From the human T2T-CHM13v2.0 reference genome, Homo sapiens: DNA of 64,000 nt. Made by a program: the position numbers and the translations under genes. The DNA lies in assembly GCF_009914755.1 (NCBI RefSeq), contig NC_060928.1. One strand, 5' to 3'. The notes beneath the pieces were generated by a model, which was given only the letters and a program-made list of their open reading frames with translations, was not told the DNA's origin and did not search any database. Shown here piece by piece: positions 30,543 to 43,013 of the stretch (the first letter of the stretch is position 1; the number at the start of each line of letters is the position of its first letter).

Positions 30543-33500
30543 AAGTTAGGTACATGTTTTCATATGTATTCTGGGGGAGTCAGAAGAATGGCCACTATGC
30601 TCTTTAAAGGATACTCTTCTCTCACAAAATATGCTGCTACATTAAGAGAGAACAAACCTTACCCTCTGGAGAGTCCACTTAAATTTTAAGTTGCAGCCTA
30701 TAAAATGTTTGTCCCTCTAAGGATGCCTCCTTTGCTAATAATTTTTAGAGTTTTTTCTTTTTGCTTATCATTATTAACGTCATGGTCACTGATACATTTT
30801 TAATGCATGCCCTAAAAAAGGACTATAATGTTTTCAATAGAGGAATGTTACGTTGCCCCCTCCCTTCTGAACACAATTCTTATTTTTTCTGAAACTCTCG
30901 AAGGCAAACTGTGAGTCTGTAAGTGGGGCACAGCATTAAAAGCTGAAATGATGGGGTACTATTTAATGCTCATTTTCCTTTTCTTGGATTGTATAGGGCT
31001 TTGCTATGGCTAGACATATCTATCTACAAGTATAGACTGACATTGAAGGACCACTGATAAAATAAACTAGCACTTGCAGATCCATCCAATGTCTGAATGA
31101 CTTGTTAAAATTATCTTGCTTTCCTGACTTTGGTTTCTGATGCTTGAAAACCACGTGCAGTAACTTTCATGCTTACTCAATATGCATGTTGCTGCCACCT
31201 TATTATTTCTAAAACTATGAAGTGCAAAATCCTTATGAGATTAAAGCCCCTTGCATGGGTCATTGCCACACCTACACCTGGTCTCTGCTCCTCACTCCTC
31301 TCAAAGCTTGTCCTGCTTCAAACAGTTCCCTAGCTACTCTGCCCAAGGGATAGAGAAATGGCTTTCTTTTTTCTCTGCTCTTTGCTGCCCTCACCTGACT
31401 GAGACTGTCCTATTAAACATTTTTGAAAAGAGTATGGTTGGGTCAAGGCGTATATGTCCTAAAAACTTTAAACTTCCTTTATTTTTAATAATTACAGAGA
31501 GAAACAGACATAGAATAAGAAAAGGCAGAAAAACATAAATAAATACTAAACATAAATTACCACTATAAGATGCTGATCAAATCATATCTAAGAGAATAAC
31601 TCTGCCCTGTTTAGTGCTGATCCTGAGACCTTGGTTTTGTAATTTCAAAAATTGTGCCCATAGGATTTGTTACTTTCAAGTATATTTTGGTGCATGTTGT
31701 TCTGCGTTGTCTTTATTGGTGTTTTGGAAGTTCAGTTAATTATTTTAAATAGTTCATCTTGTGAAAAGGAAAAAAAAACTAATAATCTCAATACCCAAAG
31801 ATGATATTTATTTACATTTTTCATGGTATTCCCTTTAGTCATAAACATACAAATATTTACATACATATATATAACATGACATCTAAAATATGAAATTATA
31901 TTAAAATGCCATATATTACATATAAAACGATATGCACATGCATATCTGTATGTTATAATGTTACATATTTCAAAAATGAGGAGACTTTGAAATTATATTT
32001 TCAACATTGTGTCTGTGTTCAGGCCATTTTTATGTTGCACATGTTTAGATTCAAATCATCAATTATTCAAACTTGCACAGAAATGCATGACTTAATCTAG
32101 ATAGCTAGAATTTCACAGTCTTGTTTTATCTACACTGAATGTTACAGACACATAGGTTGGGGAATTACTAGAATCTGAATATCACATATCTTTCTTAATT
32201 AAAAGACTTGCTATTTCTCTGAAGGAGAATGGAAACAATATGGGTCCTAGTAGATCTCCATAGAAGAGTGCCAATTAGCCCTTTGACAAAGTTGCTAGGT
32301 GCTTCCATGACTAATTTCCATAACTGTTTGAGTGCAGATGAAAATAGTTCTAATATGGCTCAATAGTTGAATATTACAGTTATAAATTCATATAAAACAT
32401 ATTTCATAATATAAACATGGTTAACATTTTGTAATTTTTTTGTACTCAAAAAAGTATAAGTCATCATTTTACTTTCATTAAGTCCCTATTATATTTGAAC
32501 CGGAACGTGAAAAATACCCACTTTTAAACTAGTCTAAGATAAAAATGAACACCGGAGTCTTTTGTGCTTTTTAATTTTACAGGGAGATTCTGCGCCATAA
32601 TTTATCCATCTTATTTCCACACAGATCATGGCTTTATACCACTTGTTTCAACAAAATGTGTCTGGAGTTCACAGTGTTGGCAAATGCACCCATTCAGGTG
32701 GTTGTGTTACCCAAGTGTAAAATCCTCAGTCTGTGTAAAATAAGAAAACACATTATGACATATTTTACTGCCCAGGATTAGTCTGAAGGTGCCAATGTGT
32801 TATTAGCCGAGAATGATGCATGCCAAAAACGACAAAAGTCCAATTGTCAAGGCAAGCACCTGCATCTGTTCACCTGAAGCAATGATTCCTACCTCTCCAA
32901 TTATTCACAGAAACTTGACTAAGTTCCACTTTACACACTGAAAACTATCCCTGGCCTCCATCTCTCCCCTTGAGCAGACAGTGCCCAGTATGGCACAGGT
33001 ACCTTAAATTTAACCCAAATGACACTAAATGTCTGCTTTTCCTGTCATACATGATTTAAGGAGGGTGAGAGATCTGATGAGAAAGAAGCAAAACCAGAAA
33101 ACGTCATTAACTTTTTGCAAAATCCTCCAGGCTTCAATTGGTTCCCAATTTGTTCTCTATTATAAAAAGGTAAAATCTTAAAATGAAACAACAGAAAAAA
33201 CAAGCATGACTTGCATTGACTACAAGTTAGTGCCTTGATCGTCTCTCCTCTCCATCCGCAATCTGTCCAGCAAAAAAAAAGTAGAGATGGACACAAAGCA
33301 GCCTGAGATATGATTGCAATTGTAATTTTTCTGCCTATATCTGCAAAGATTGTCAATTCTTTTAGGACTCAATAGCCACCTTTGGCATGGTAATGTGTAC
33401 TAATTCATGCTGTTTTAATAGAGAAAGAATACTTCTCTACTAAGGCATTTTTTAATCTACAGCTTAGGACAATTCCATTCCACTTCAATGGAGGAGAGGA

Positions 33501-35163
33501 ATACTTAAAATATAACTCCCTGTTCAAGGAGAAGATATGTGAGGAAAACTTCTTGCTCTCAATTTATTTTTTTAAAACTTTCTAACAAATTTTCAATTAA
33601 TCTGGTCACCAAGCAACTGATTATATACACCTTCATTAGGAAACTGTTATTCAGAGATAAAGTGGTTTTGTTAATGTTATACAATTTGATAGTAGTCTAG
33701 ATAGCTCCACCACCCAACTTATCGACATTAGCCCTGCTCTCTTTAGTACAACATGCATCTTACAAGCAAGAGAATGTCTGCTTCATATAAGTAAACTATC
33801 TTTAAATATCTGTTACTTATATACACTTTAAAGTTACTAGTTTTATCTAAGGTGAAGCACATACATCTTGCTGAAGGTCTTTTTAACAGATTTATTAGTT
33901 TCATATTAATGATTCATTAATTTGTGAACTATAGATTTAAAACATTACCATCAAAGCTAAAAGGAAAAATATATAAACATAATGATAAAAAATTAACATT
34001 AAAAATGGATGAAAGATAGATTTATAATACATTAATAAACTATTTTTAAATACAAAAATGAAATTAGTATTAAATGCTCCAGGAAAAGGTAACTGATGTT
34101 TTCCAGTCAGTTTAAAAAATGTTATCATATCTCCTAAAATTCTTTCTTTTAGCATTTGAAGTAATGTTTTAAAAAATGCTTAATCCAACTCTCTATATCT
34201 GTCAATTAGCATGGAAATTAAAGAACAAAGAGGAGTTCTTAGATCATAACAGTCACCAATTGATTCTCTTTCAAACTGAGAAAAAATATGTTCTCAGTAA
34301 AATCACTTTTACTCTGTTTAAAACCTTGTTAAGTTTTCTTTTAAGTATTGATCAAATTGTTTGCTTTAGAAGAGATACAGGCCCTTTGAGAAAATGATTT
34401 CTCAGATAGGCTCAGAATTTTGTCTCTCAAACCTGTTCTTCTGAAATAGACTGAGAAAATTCTCATTGATAATGAAACAATTAAATTCAAATTTCAGTTC
34501 TCAATAGACCTGGCTGGGGGAGATCAAAAGAAGGAGAGAAGCTTGGGTTAAGTTACTAAAGTTGCTGTGAAACTTTCTTCATGCTGGTAGAAATGAAACA
34601 GAACAAAACAGAAAGCCATGGGATTTCATGCACAGCTATTCTGTAATTCCTCTCACCATTTTTTAAATGATTGCTGTTTGTTAGAAAAAGATGCAATGTA
34701 GAAAAATGCAATTTCAAGAGATATAGAATGAAAATTCCTCCTATGAGAAGGAATTTTAAAAATCACTTATGGAAAAAAAAGCTGTTGTAATTGGAAAACC
34801 ACTATCTTCTCTATTGTTGCATAAAAACACATATGCAAAACTTAAGAGTAAAACAATAGGAATTTACTATTTCTCGCAAACATTTGTGCTGGCTATGCCA
34901 TTGAGGGGGTGTTTCCTGAGCTCACTGATGTGGCTGGCTCAACTGGCTTGTTGGTTGGAAGCTGGCCCAGCAGGGAAGGCTAATACTGCTTTCCCCACCT
35001 TTTTTGTGTATGTATATTTTTATTTTGCACTGGGCTCCAGAAATTATGCAGCTGGCCCTACAGCCAGGGAAGAACACAGAAGCTAATTTAGGTATGAAGT
35101 GATGGTAGGTCTGAACAGAATGATGGCAGAAGAAGTAGTGCAAAGTGATTTGAATTCTAAATA

Positions 35164-35506
35164 CAGTTATCCACCACATAGTGACATTTTGATCAATGAC
35201 AGACCGCATATATATGATGGTCCCATAAGATTACAGTATCATATTTTTCCTATAGGTTTTCTATGTTTAGATTTGTTTAGATACACACATGCCCTTGTGT
35301 TAGAATTAGTTATGGTATTTAAAACAGTAACATTCTGTATAGGTTTGTAGCTTAGGAGCAATAAGGTATTGCACATTGCCTAGGTAGGTAGTAGGTGATA
35401 CTATCAGGATTTGTGTAAGTAAACCCTATGGTGTTTGTGCAACAGCAAAATCATATCACTGTGAATTTCTCAGAGTTTATCCCTGTCATCAAGCAATGCA
35501 TGACTG
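35164..35506 (+). mobile_element. Tigger3a (MER7A) MITE
   Basis: ta|cagttatccaccacatagtgacattttgatcaatgacagaccgcatata...aagcaatgcatgactg; ~340 bp with TIRs. Confidence 0.88.
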
Positions 35507-36751
35507 CATATCTGGACTATCTGGTCATGAGGAACTTATGATGAAATATATGTAGAATACGAAAGAAAATGAGAAGACTTCAGTTTCAAGGTCTGTTGCT
35601 CTTCAGATTTACTTTTGTCCTCAAGATAAATGATCTACATGTAGAAATTCAAAGAAACCATACATTTAGTATCATAGCCAAAGTTCATTAAAACTATCGA
35701 TAACTAAGACAATCACACCAGCAATGTGACTACTTGTTAGTTACTTGGTCTTTCCATACCTCATCATTGAATGTGTAATATGATGTTCTGTTGTAATATT
35801 TAAATAAGTTATTTATCTGGCACAGCACTCAAAACATAAAAATTATTATTCTGTATTCTTACCTTACTCCAGTGTAGGAGCAACATTAAGGTTCTTTCCA
35901 CTCACAATCATCACCTCTTTTGTGCACTCTTTCTCAGGAATACAAACTGTTTTGTTTTTTTTCCCCCAAATCCCTTCTACACTAGCATTTGTCTTAACCA
36001 TGCCATTTAACCTTGTATTATTCTAATGGGAAGAAATATCAACCAGTGTTCAATATATATTATTTATTCAGCACTAGTCTAGTTGTGGAGATAGGGAGTA
36101 ATACTTGAAGTTTCCAAGTATAATATCTACTGATTTCTCACTTTCCAAATTCAGTTCCCTGAAAAAATGAACTGTTTATGTCAAAATGCACATACTTTCC
36201 TTCTAGTAACCTATGTTTATTTTATTTCATGCCTTGTTCCACCTTCACTGAATGTGGAATCTCCTCTCTGTAATGTGTCCTCTCACTGGTATTTTAATTC
36301 CTGATAACCTATATAACTGGACTAAAACCCCTTCCTTTCCTTAATCCCTCAGACATAGAAGATTAGGATTTTAAAAATGGCCTTGAATTACTATACTCTT
36401 AAAGAATAAATATTTTTCCCCAAAGAAGAAAAACAATTTGTTCAGAATTTTTTTTGTCATTAAATTTTATTTGACAGTGTTGAAGAAACTTCATACTTCG
36501 TTTTTAATTATAGTAGAACTACTGGGTATTTAATAAATAATTCCTCCATAATTATCTCTAAGATTGTTCCAAATAGGATCAAATGATATCATTACTGATT
36601 TTTTTCTTTTATTTAAAATGTTTAATCCTAATTTGGCCATTGTCTAACTCTTGAAATGAGGCAGAGGACCCATAGAGATGAGAATAAAAGGGAATGTTCA
36701 CCCATTTTGGAGGGATGCTTCTGCAATCATGAAATAATTCATTATGGAATC

Positions 36752-37240
36752 TGACCAAGACTGCCTTAAGTTTTTGCTTCAGCTTGACTGAAGTTTAAAC
36801 AGCTTTCTTCCTAACTATAGGCCCCTGACATTCCTTTTTTTTAGGGCATTTACTTTAGAAAACTTGACATTGTAAATTCTTTCTCCGCCTTTGAGATGTA
36901 AATCTTCTCCCAGCCTCTGGCCAGTTTCACAACCCAAAAAAATGTTTTTCTCAGGAACCTGGAAGCCAACCCGTTGAAATGGAATCATTTAAAAAGATAA
37001 TTCCTCTGTCTCACAGTCTCTGTGGAAGGCTAGGCTTCTAACTATGATGGGCACCAATTAGTAAACACAGATGGCATAATCACATTGACCAGCCTCCTCA
37101 CTAACATTCTCCACTATTTTCCCACGTGCTCACTACACCTTTTGTTTCAATAGAACTAAGTTATCTTGATGCTTATTTCAATAGTTTACAATAAAGTCTT
37201 CCCTATCTGTTTAACTTCCCCATACAATTTTTCTTTAACA
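36752..37240 (+). mobile_element. MER31/MER67-like ERV1 solo LTR
   Basis: tgaccaagac...tttagaaaacttgacattgtaaattctttc...tttgagatgtaaatcttc...aataaagtcttcc...tttctttaaca. Confidence 0.75.
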
Positions 37241-37699
37241 CAGCTCAAGAACTATCTAACCAAGATTAGACAAGAATGAAAAGACATACAGTGTCAGGAA
37301 CCTGGTGGGGCATCTTTAGGCAATAGGCAAAACAGCCTTACTGAAAACTATTGGAAACAAGTCACATTAGCATTGCGATTGATAAGGAAAAGTCATAGCA
37401 TTGGGAAAAGGCTTAGATGTCTTGGGAATTAAACAAAAGTATAGAAAATAATGCAAATAAAATGATGTTTATCACTCAATAATTCATGCTCAATTGTGTG
37501 ACATTTGAAACTTCGAAAAGACTTTAAGAGGAATCTGAAAATGATGTGAAAGATTATCAGTCCCTTCTTGGCCAGTTTCCCAAGAAATAACAAAAAAATT
37601 TAATCTCTTTTCTATAAAGAATTTTAAGTCCTTATAGATTGAAAAAAGTCGCAAAGACACAAGAATGAAAGCTCATGATGCCAGGGCCATATCAGTCCT

Positions 37700-37725
37700 A
37701 AAAAAAAAAAAAAAAAAAAAAAAAA
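37700..37725 (+). repeat. A26 homopolymer with no attached SINE/LINE body
   Basis: cct(A)26ggaattgaattgaatt. Confidence 0.9.
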
Positions 37726-39002
37726 GGAATTGAATTGAATTAATGAAGATGCACTAAAAGAAATAGGGGAGGAGATAGGAGTCACAATGGCTAGACCAGA
37801 TAGTGTATATTTAATTTACTTAATTTAAATTTACTTAATTTAAGAGGTTAATATTGGGATGACCTGGACAAATTTGAAGAGAAATACTTTGCTTTAATAG
37901 CTTTATTTCAAATTTTTAAATATTTGTGAAATAAAATATACATGTCAAAAAGTACCCAATATTTACATAAATATATATTTTAATAAATGGATGTAGAGGA
38001 AATACCTATTAGTCACTACTGTATGTATTTTCAATGTTGCCAACAATATTTAATATATTCTACCCCACTTTTAAGGAAATGAGTGATTTTTAAGTACCTA
38101 ATAAACTGTAAGTTTACATCAAATGATACACTTTGGTGTATTAAAAGATAATAGAGTAATGGATTGACATAAAAAATCCAAATCAGTTAAATAAATACAT
38201 TTGTGTCAATTCATCTGACACATTTTTCATTGAAACAACTGCCTGAAGTATGCCCCTTTTAAGGGAATAAGCTTTATCAGGTAGCATTTTTGCTAAAAGG
38301 CTACATGTTTTAATATATCATACTTTAGCATTCAAATGAATATAACTAAATTTATCAGACATTTCTTTCTAGTTTCGGGTAGCTCTAGAAAAGTTTATTA
38401 CCTGCAATTAACTGGAAACTTTTAAATATTATCAAAAGACTGACTTGTGTTGAGTACACTAACATTATGAAAGGTATGTTGCACTCACGTAATATTTCTT
38501 AATATAATCTGTATTTCATTAAATATAAAGAAGGAGAGAAATGTAAAGATGCACTGAATTAAGTCTTTAAAATAGCCAGAAATACACTATATTTAAAAAT
38601 ATTTGCACAATAGTTCATGAGCATAGTATAGCTTCAAGATACCGAGATACTGCCAACATTCTTTGTATTATGTATAATTGTCAAACATTAAATTTGTACA
38701 GTTATGTAAATTTGATTATGTACAATTGTCAAACATTTAAAAATTAGGTGATTTGTACCTGTCAAATAAAGGAACCTCTTTCGCTGCCACATCAGTAAGA
38801 TCAACACATTGAACCAGATCTTGGTTCAATGAACCATCTATGCTTTCCTGCATAGATGTGTTCTAGTAATGCCTTTATAGTATATTTAAAACATTTAATA
38901 TTTCCTCTACCCCTATGTCTCCTAGATGTAACCAAATAAAAACATCTCTGGCAGTTGTTAGAGGACTGTCCTAATGAAAGGTCATTTTTTCCAAGTTGTA
39001 TA

Positions 39003-39470
39003 TGTCAGGCCTCTGAGCCCAAGCCAAGCCATCGCATCCCCTGTGACTTGCATGTATATGCCCAGGTGGCCGGAAGTAACTGAAAAATCACAAAAGAAGT
39101 GAAAATGCCCTGCCCCGCCTTAACTGATGACATTCCACCACAAAAGAAGTGAATATGGCCGGTCCTTGCCTCAACTGATGACATTCCACCACAAAAGAAG
39201 TGAAAATGGCCGGTCCTTGTCTTAAGTGATGACATTATCTTATGAAAGTCCTTTTCCTGGCTCATCCTGGCTCAAAAACTCCCCCACTGAGCACCTAGCC
39301 ACCCCCACCCCTGCCCACCAGAGAACAAATCCCCTTTGACTGTAATTTTCCTTTATCTACCCAAATCCTATAAAACGGCCCCACCCTTATCACCTGCACC
39401 CAGGTGATTAAAAGCTTTATTGCTCACACAAAGCCTGTTTGGTGGTCTCTTCACACGGACGTACATGAAA
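39003..39470 (+). mobile_element. HERV-H solo LTR (LTR7, type I)
   Basis: tgtcaggcctctgagcccaagccaagccatcgc...cacacggacgtacatgaaa; perfect 5-bp TSD gtata (38998-39002 / 39471-39475); TATA-like tataaaa near 39369. Confidence 0.96.
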
Positions 39471-39690
39471 GTATATATTTTTTTCTGATCTCATTAATAC
39501 TTTTAAATAAGGCATATAATTCAGATAGTTAAAGAGGAATTAGTCCTATAACTCCCATGGTGACATTAGAAATGACATTTACACATCTATTTCCCATGAA
39601 TCGAATGGAAAGTATAACGTATATATCAAGAGATTACATATTTAATGAACATGCACCTACTATAGAGAACATCCTAATAAGCTTTAGTGT

Positions 39691-39815
39691 GGGCACTCCC
39701 CTTCTTAGGGGAATATGAAGGAGGAAAGTCCCCTTAGCAACCTGACGCATGCATTCTGCGCAAGGATTCCCCATGACTCCTGGGGCTTTTGTGGAAAACA
39801 CTCCTTGGGGAAAAC
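39691..39815. promoter_or_regulatory. Candidate enhancer with NF-kB, RFX X-box-like and CRE-like motifs
   Basis: GGAAAGTCCCC (39723-39733, reverse of GGGGACTTTCC), GTCCCCTTAGCAAC, TGACGCA, AGGATTCCCC; motif evidence only. Confidence 0.35.
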
Positions 39816-41440
39816 AGAGAAAACAGAGGAATCAGCACCATATATCAAAGATGGAAACAATTCAAACTGTTTTCTAGCAGCAGTTTAAAAAAAAAAAAAT
39901 GCTTGCTTGTTTCATATGCTTTATCTGACCACATTTAAGGTCTCTGAATCATTGCTAATAGTATATAATAATTCCTAAATCTAGAAATCATACTGAATGC
40001 TCCCTGACTTTTGTTTGATATATCTGGTGAAGTTGGTTTGAGTTTCTACAAATGTTAATGTGACCAAGGGCCTCTGAAAACATATGAAATTATTGTTTTG
40101 ATATTATCAAAATTATCACCTGCATACTGTGCATAGATTAAGGAAACATACTATAAAGGAGGCACCGAATTGTTACGGCCCATATATTTCATTTCTGCCT
40201 GTGTAAAAAGTGTCTTTTGCTGGAAAATCTGTTACAGTATAATGCATAACTGTGAAGGCAAAGGAGTACTGAGATACATTTATTTCTACACCACTGAAGT
40301 GGAACCATCATAAGAAAGCTAGGGGTCTTAACCTCACATGCAGTATAAATGATAAATGTGCCATAATGCTTCCTTCTCATGTTTCCAGTGTCCCATGGCT
40401 TTGAGATATATATATAGGGTTATAGGACCCATATCTTAAGATTACTGACAAGACTTCTGGTATGGTACTTTCATATTTTATGACTTATTGAACTATGATT
40501 TTAAATTTGTTCAGCATATCGACATGTTAAGTGAAGAGACCATAATTATTTTTCTTTACACTTCACTGAGTTGTGTATCATTTCAGAATAACATCACGTA
40601 CACAGGCATGACAAGAGTTCTGGCTTTAAATCTGCATTCATCAGAGAAAACAAAACAATTAAAATAATTATTCCCCCAGTGCCTTAAAACTAAGGAGATG
40701 ATTAAAAATAGCTGTTTGTGAACAAGTGAATATGGGGGAATCTGTTTACTGCATATAGCGAACCTTAAAGGAAGTCCTGCATGCTGTGTGCCTGAAGAGA
40801 TGTGTTAGAAGGACTCATATTCAGTCTAGATTAGCAAATAAAAACTTTTATGAAAAGAGGTTAAAGAACTTATGTGTCCAGGTGTGCTAATTTAGGATTA
40901 TTACAGAGTTCAAAACACTTAGTTGATTTTTTTTACTCATCCTGAATGTTTCGGTGGTTTTTTTTAATGCACAGTCCATAAAAAACACTATAACTGCCTG
41001 CATATGATGCTACCAGACAACCTACATTTCTACTGGTTGCCATATACTTCCACATATGTACAACTGCATATGTATGAATGTAACCTATGAAATTCCTCTT
41101 GAATTTTGGTCTCAGTATCCAAAATGTGATATCTTTATCCTTGGAGATACAATTCATTGAGAAAAAACTATCAGAACTTTTAGTATAATTCTAATCTAGA
41201 AAATATACAGATTGCCTATGGGATTCTTACTTAATCTGAGTGTAATTGGAATTATATTATCTAATGTTAACTTAGTTAACTATTATAATTTTATCCAAAG
41301 GTATTAATAGGCTTCTGGAAAGTAAACAAAACCCAAATATAACGAAGTATTGTAAATACAAAGAAGGGTACAATGAACAAATTAGCAAACTGAACATTCT
41401 ACTGCCCCTAAGGTCCTGATCTAAAGCCTTATATTAGTTA

Positions 41441-42192
41441 TACTCCCAATTCTTAGTCCTTTAATACCTGTTTTTCTCCTTCTCTTATTCGGGCCTTGTG
41501 TCTTCCATTTAGTTTCTCAATTCATACAAAACCACATCCAGGCCATCACTAATCATTCTACACGGCAAATGTTCCTTCTAACAACCCCACAATATCACCT
41601 TTATCCCAAAATCTTTCTTCAGTTTAATCTCTCCCACTCTAGGTTTCCATGCTGCCCCTAATCCCTCTCGAAGCAGCCCTGAGAAACATTGCCCATTATC
41701 TCTCCATACTACCCCAAAAAATTTTCACTGCCCCAAAACTTCATCACTCTTTTATTTTGTTTTTCTTATTAATATAAGAAGACAGGAATGTCAGGCATCT
41801 GAGCGGAAGCTAAGCCATCATATCCCCTGTGACGTGCACGTATACATACAGATGCCTGAAGCAACTGAAGAACCACAAAAGAAGTGAAAATAGCCAATCC
41901 CTGCCTTAACTGATGACATTCCACCATTGCGATTTGCTCCTGCCCCACCCTAACTGATCAATTGAATTTGTGACATTCCTTCTCCTGGACAATGAGTCTC
42001 AGGAGCTCCCCACTGAGGACCTTGTGACCCCCACCCCTGTGAGCAAGAGAAAACCCCCTTTAACTGTAATTGTCCACTACCTACTCAAATGCTATAAAAC
42101 TGCCCCACCCCATCTCCCTTTGCTGACTCCTTTTTCAGACTCAGTCCACCTGCACCGAGGTGATTAAAAAGTTTTACTGCTCAAAAAAAAAA
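41441..42192 (+). mobile_element. HERV-H 3' fragment: env end, PPT and U3-R of an LTR7B/C-like LTR ending in poly(A)
   Basis: ctcccaattcttagtcctttaatacc (env TM end), PPT aagaagacaggaa 41776-41788, LTR from 41789, attaaa 42163-42168, A10 at 42183-42192, U5 absent. Confidence 0.92.
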
Positions 42193-42583
42193 GTAGAAAT
42201 GATGATCTATGAACCATGTTTGACAAGAACTCAGGCAAAACATCTACAAATATTATTATTTGAAATGTGCAATCATGTCTGTTTTCACTAAGGATAAAAC
42301 TCACCTTAAGTATTTTGTATGCTTTTCGTTCATGCAAAGACAATTTCCAAATTTGCTGACCTTCTTTATGATGAGTGCCTCTCATTCATATTTTTTCTAG
42401 TGAATTTTAAAGACACAATTATTCTGTTCCTTCAACATAAAATGATATTTTAAAACATAAGTGAAATAATACCTTAAGGGAGAAACTAGTTTTCTTTTTA
42501 CCCTGTGTTATTTAGAGTCTATTTGAGCACATTTTCATTGGAATACTATTTTGTTGCCACAGACAATAAAGTGTATTACATAC

Positions 42584-43013
42584 TGTTGTGGGTTGCTGAA
42601 TTCTGTCCCTCAAAAGTTACTAACATCTTAACCTGCAGTACCTGTGAATGTGATCTGATCTGGAAATAAGATTTTTGCAGATGATTAGGGTAATTTGACG
42701 TTATTAGAGTTGGCTGTAATCCAATATGAGCATGTATTTATAAAAAGGTACACTTTGGACAAGATACTGATACACACAGGGAGAAGATGATGTGAAGACA
42801 GGGAGAACACCATCTACAAGCCAAGGAATGCCTGAAAGTACCAGAAGCTAGGAGAGGCATGGAAGAGATGCTCCCCTGCAGCTCCCAGAAGGCAACAACA
42901 CTGACAACATTTTAATTTTGGATTCCTACCCTCCAGAACTGTGAGACAGTACATTTCTGTTAAGTTATCCAGTTTGTGGTACTTTGTTACTGCAGCCCTA
43001 GAAAACTAATACT
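42584..43013 (+). mobile_element. MLT1B/C MaLR solo LTR
   Basis: tgttgtgggttg...ctccagaactgtgagacag...tttgtggtactttgttactgcagccctagaaaactaatac; TSD-like catac/cataa. Confidence 0.88.

Noticed and set aside
39003-42192. A single internally deleted HERV-H provirus
   Set aside because: The left LTR has its own gtata TSD and no tRNA-His primer binding site after it, the two LTRs are different subtypes, and the intervening DNA is mostly non-viral.
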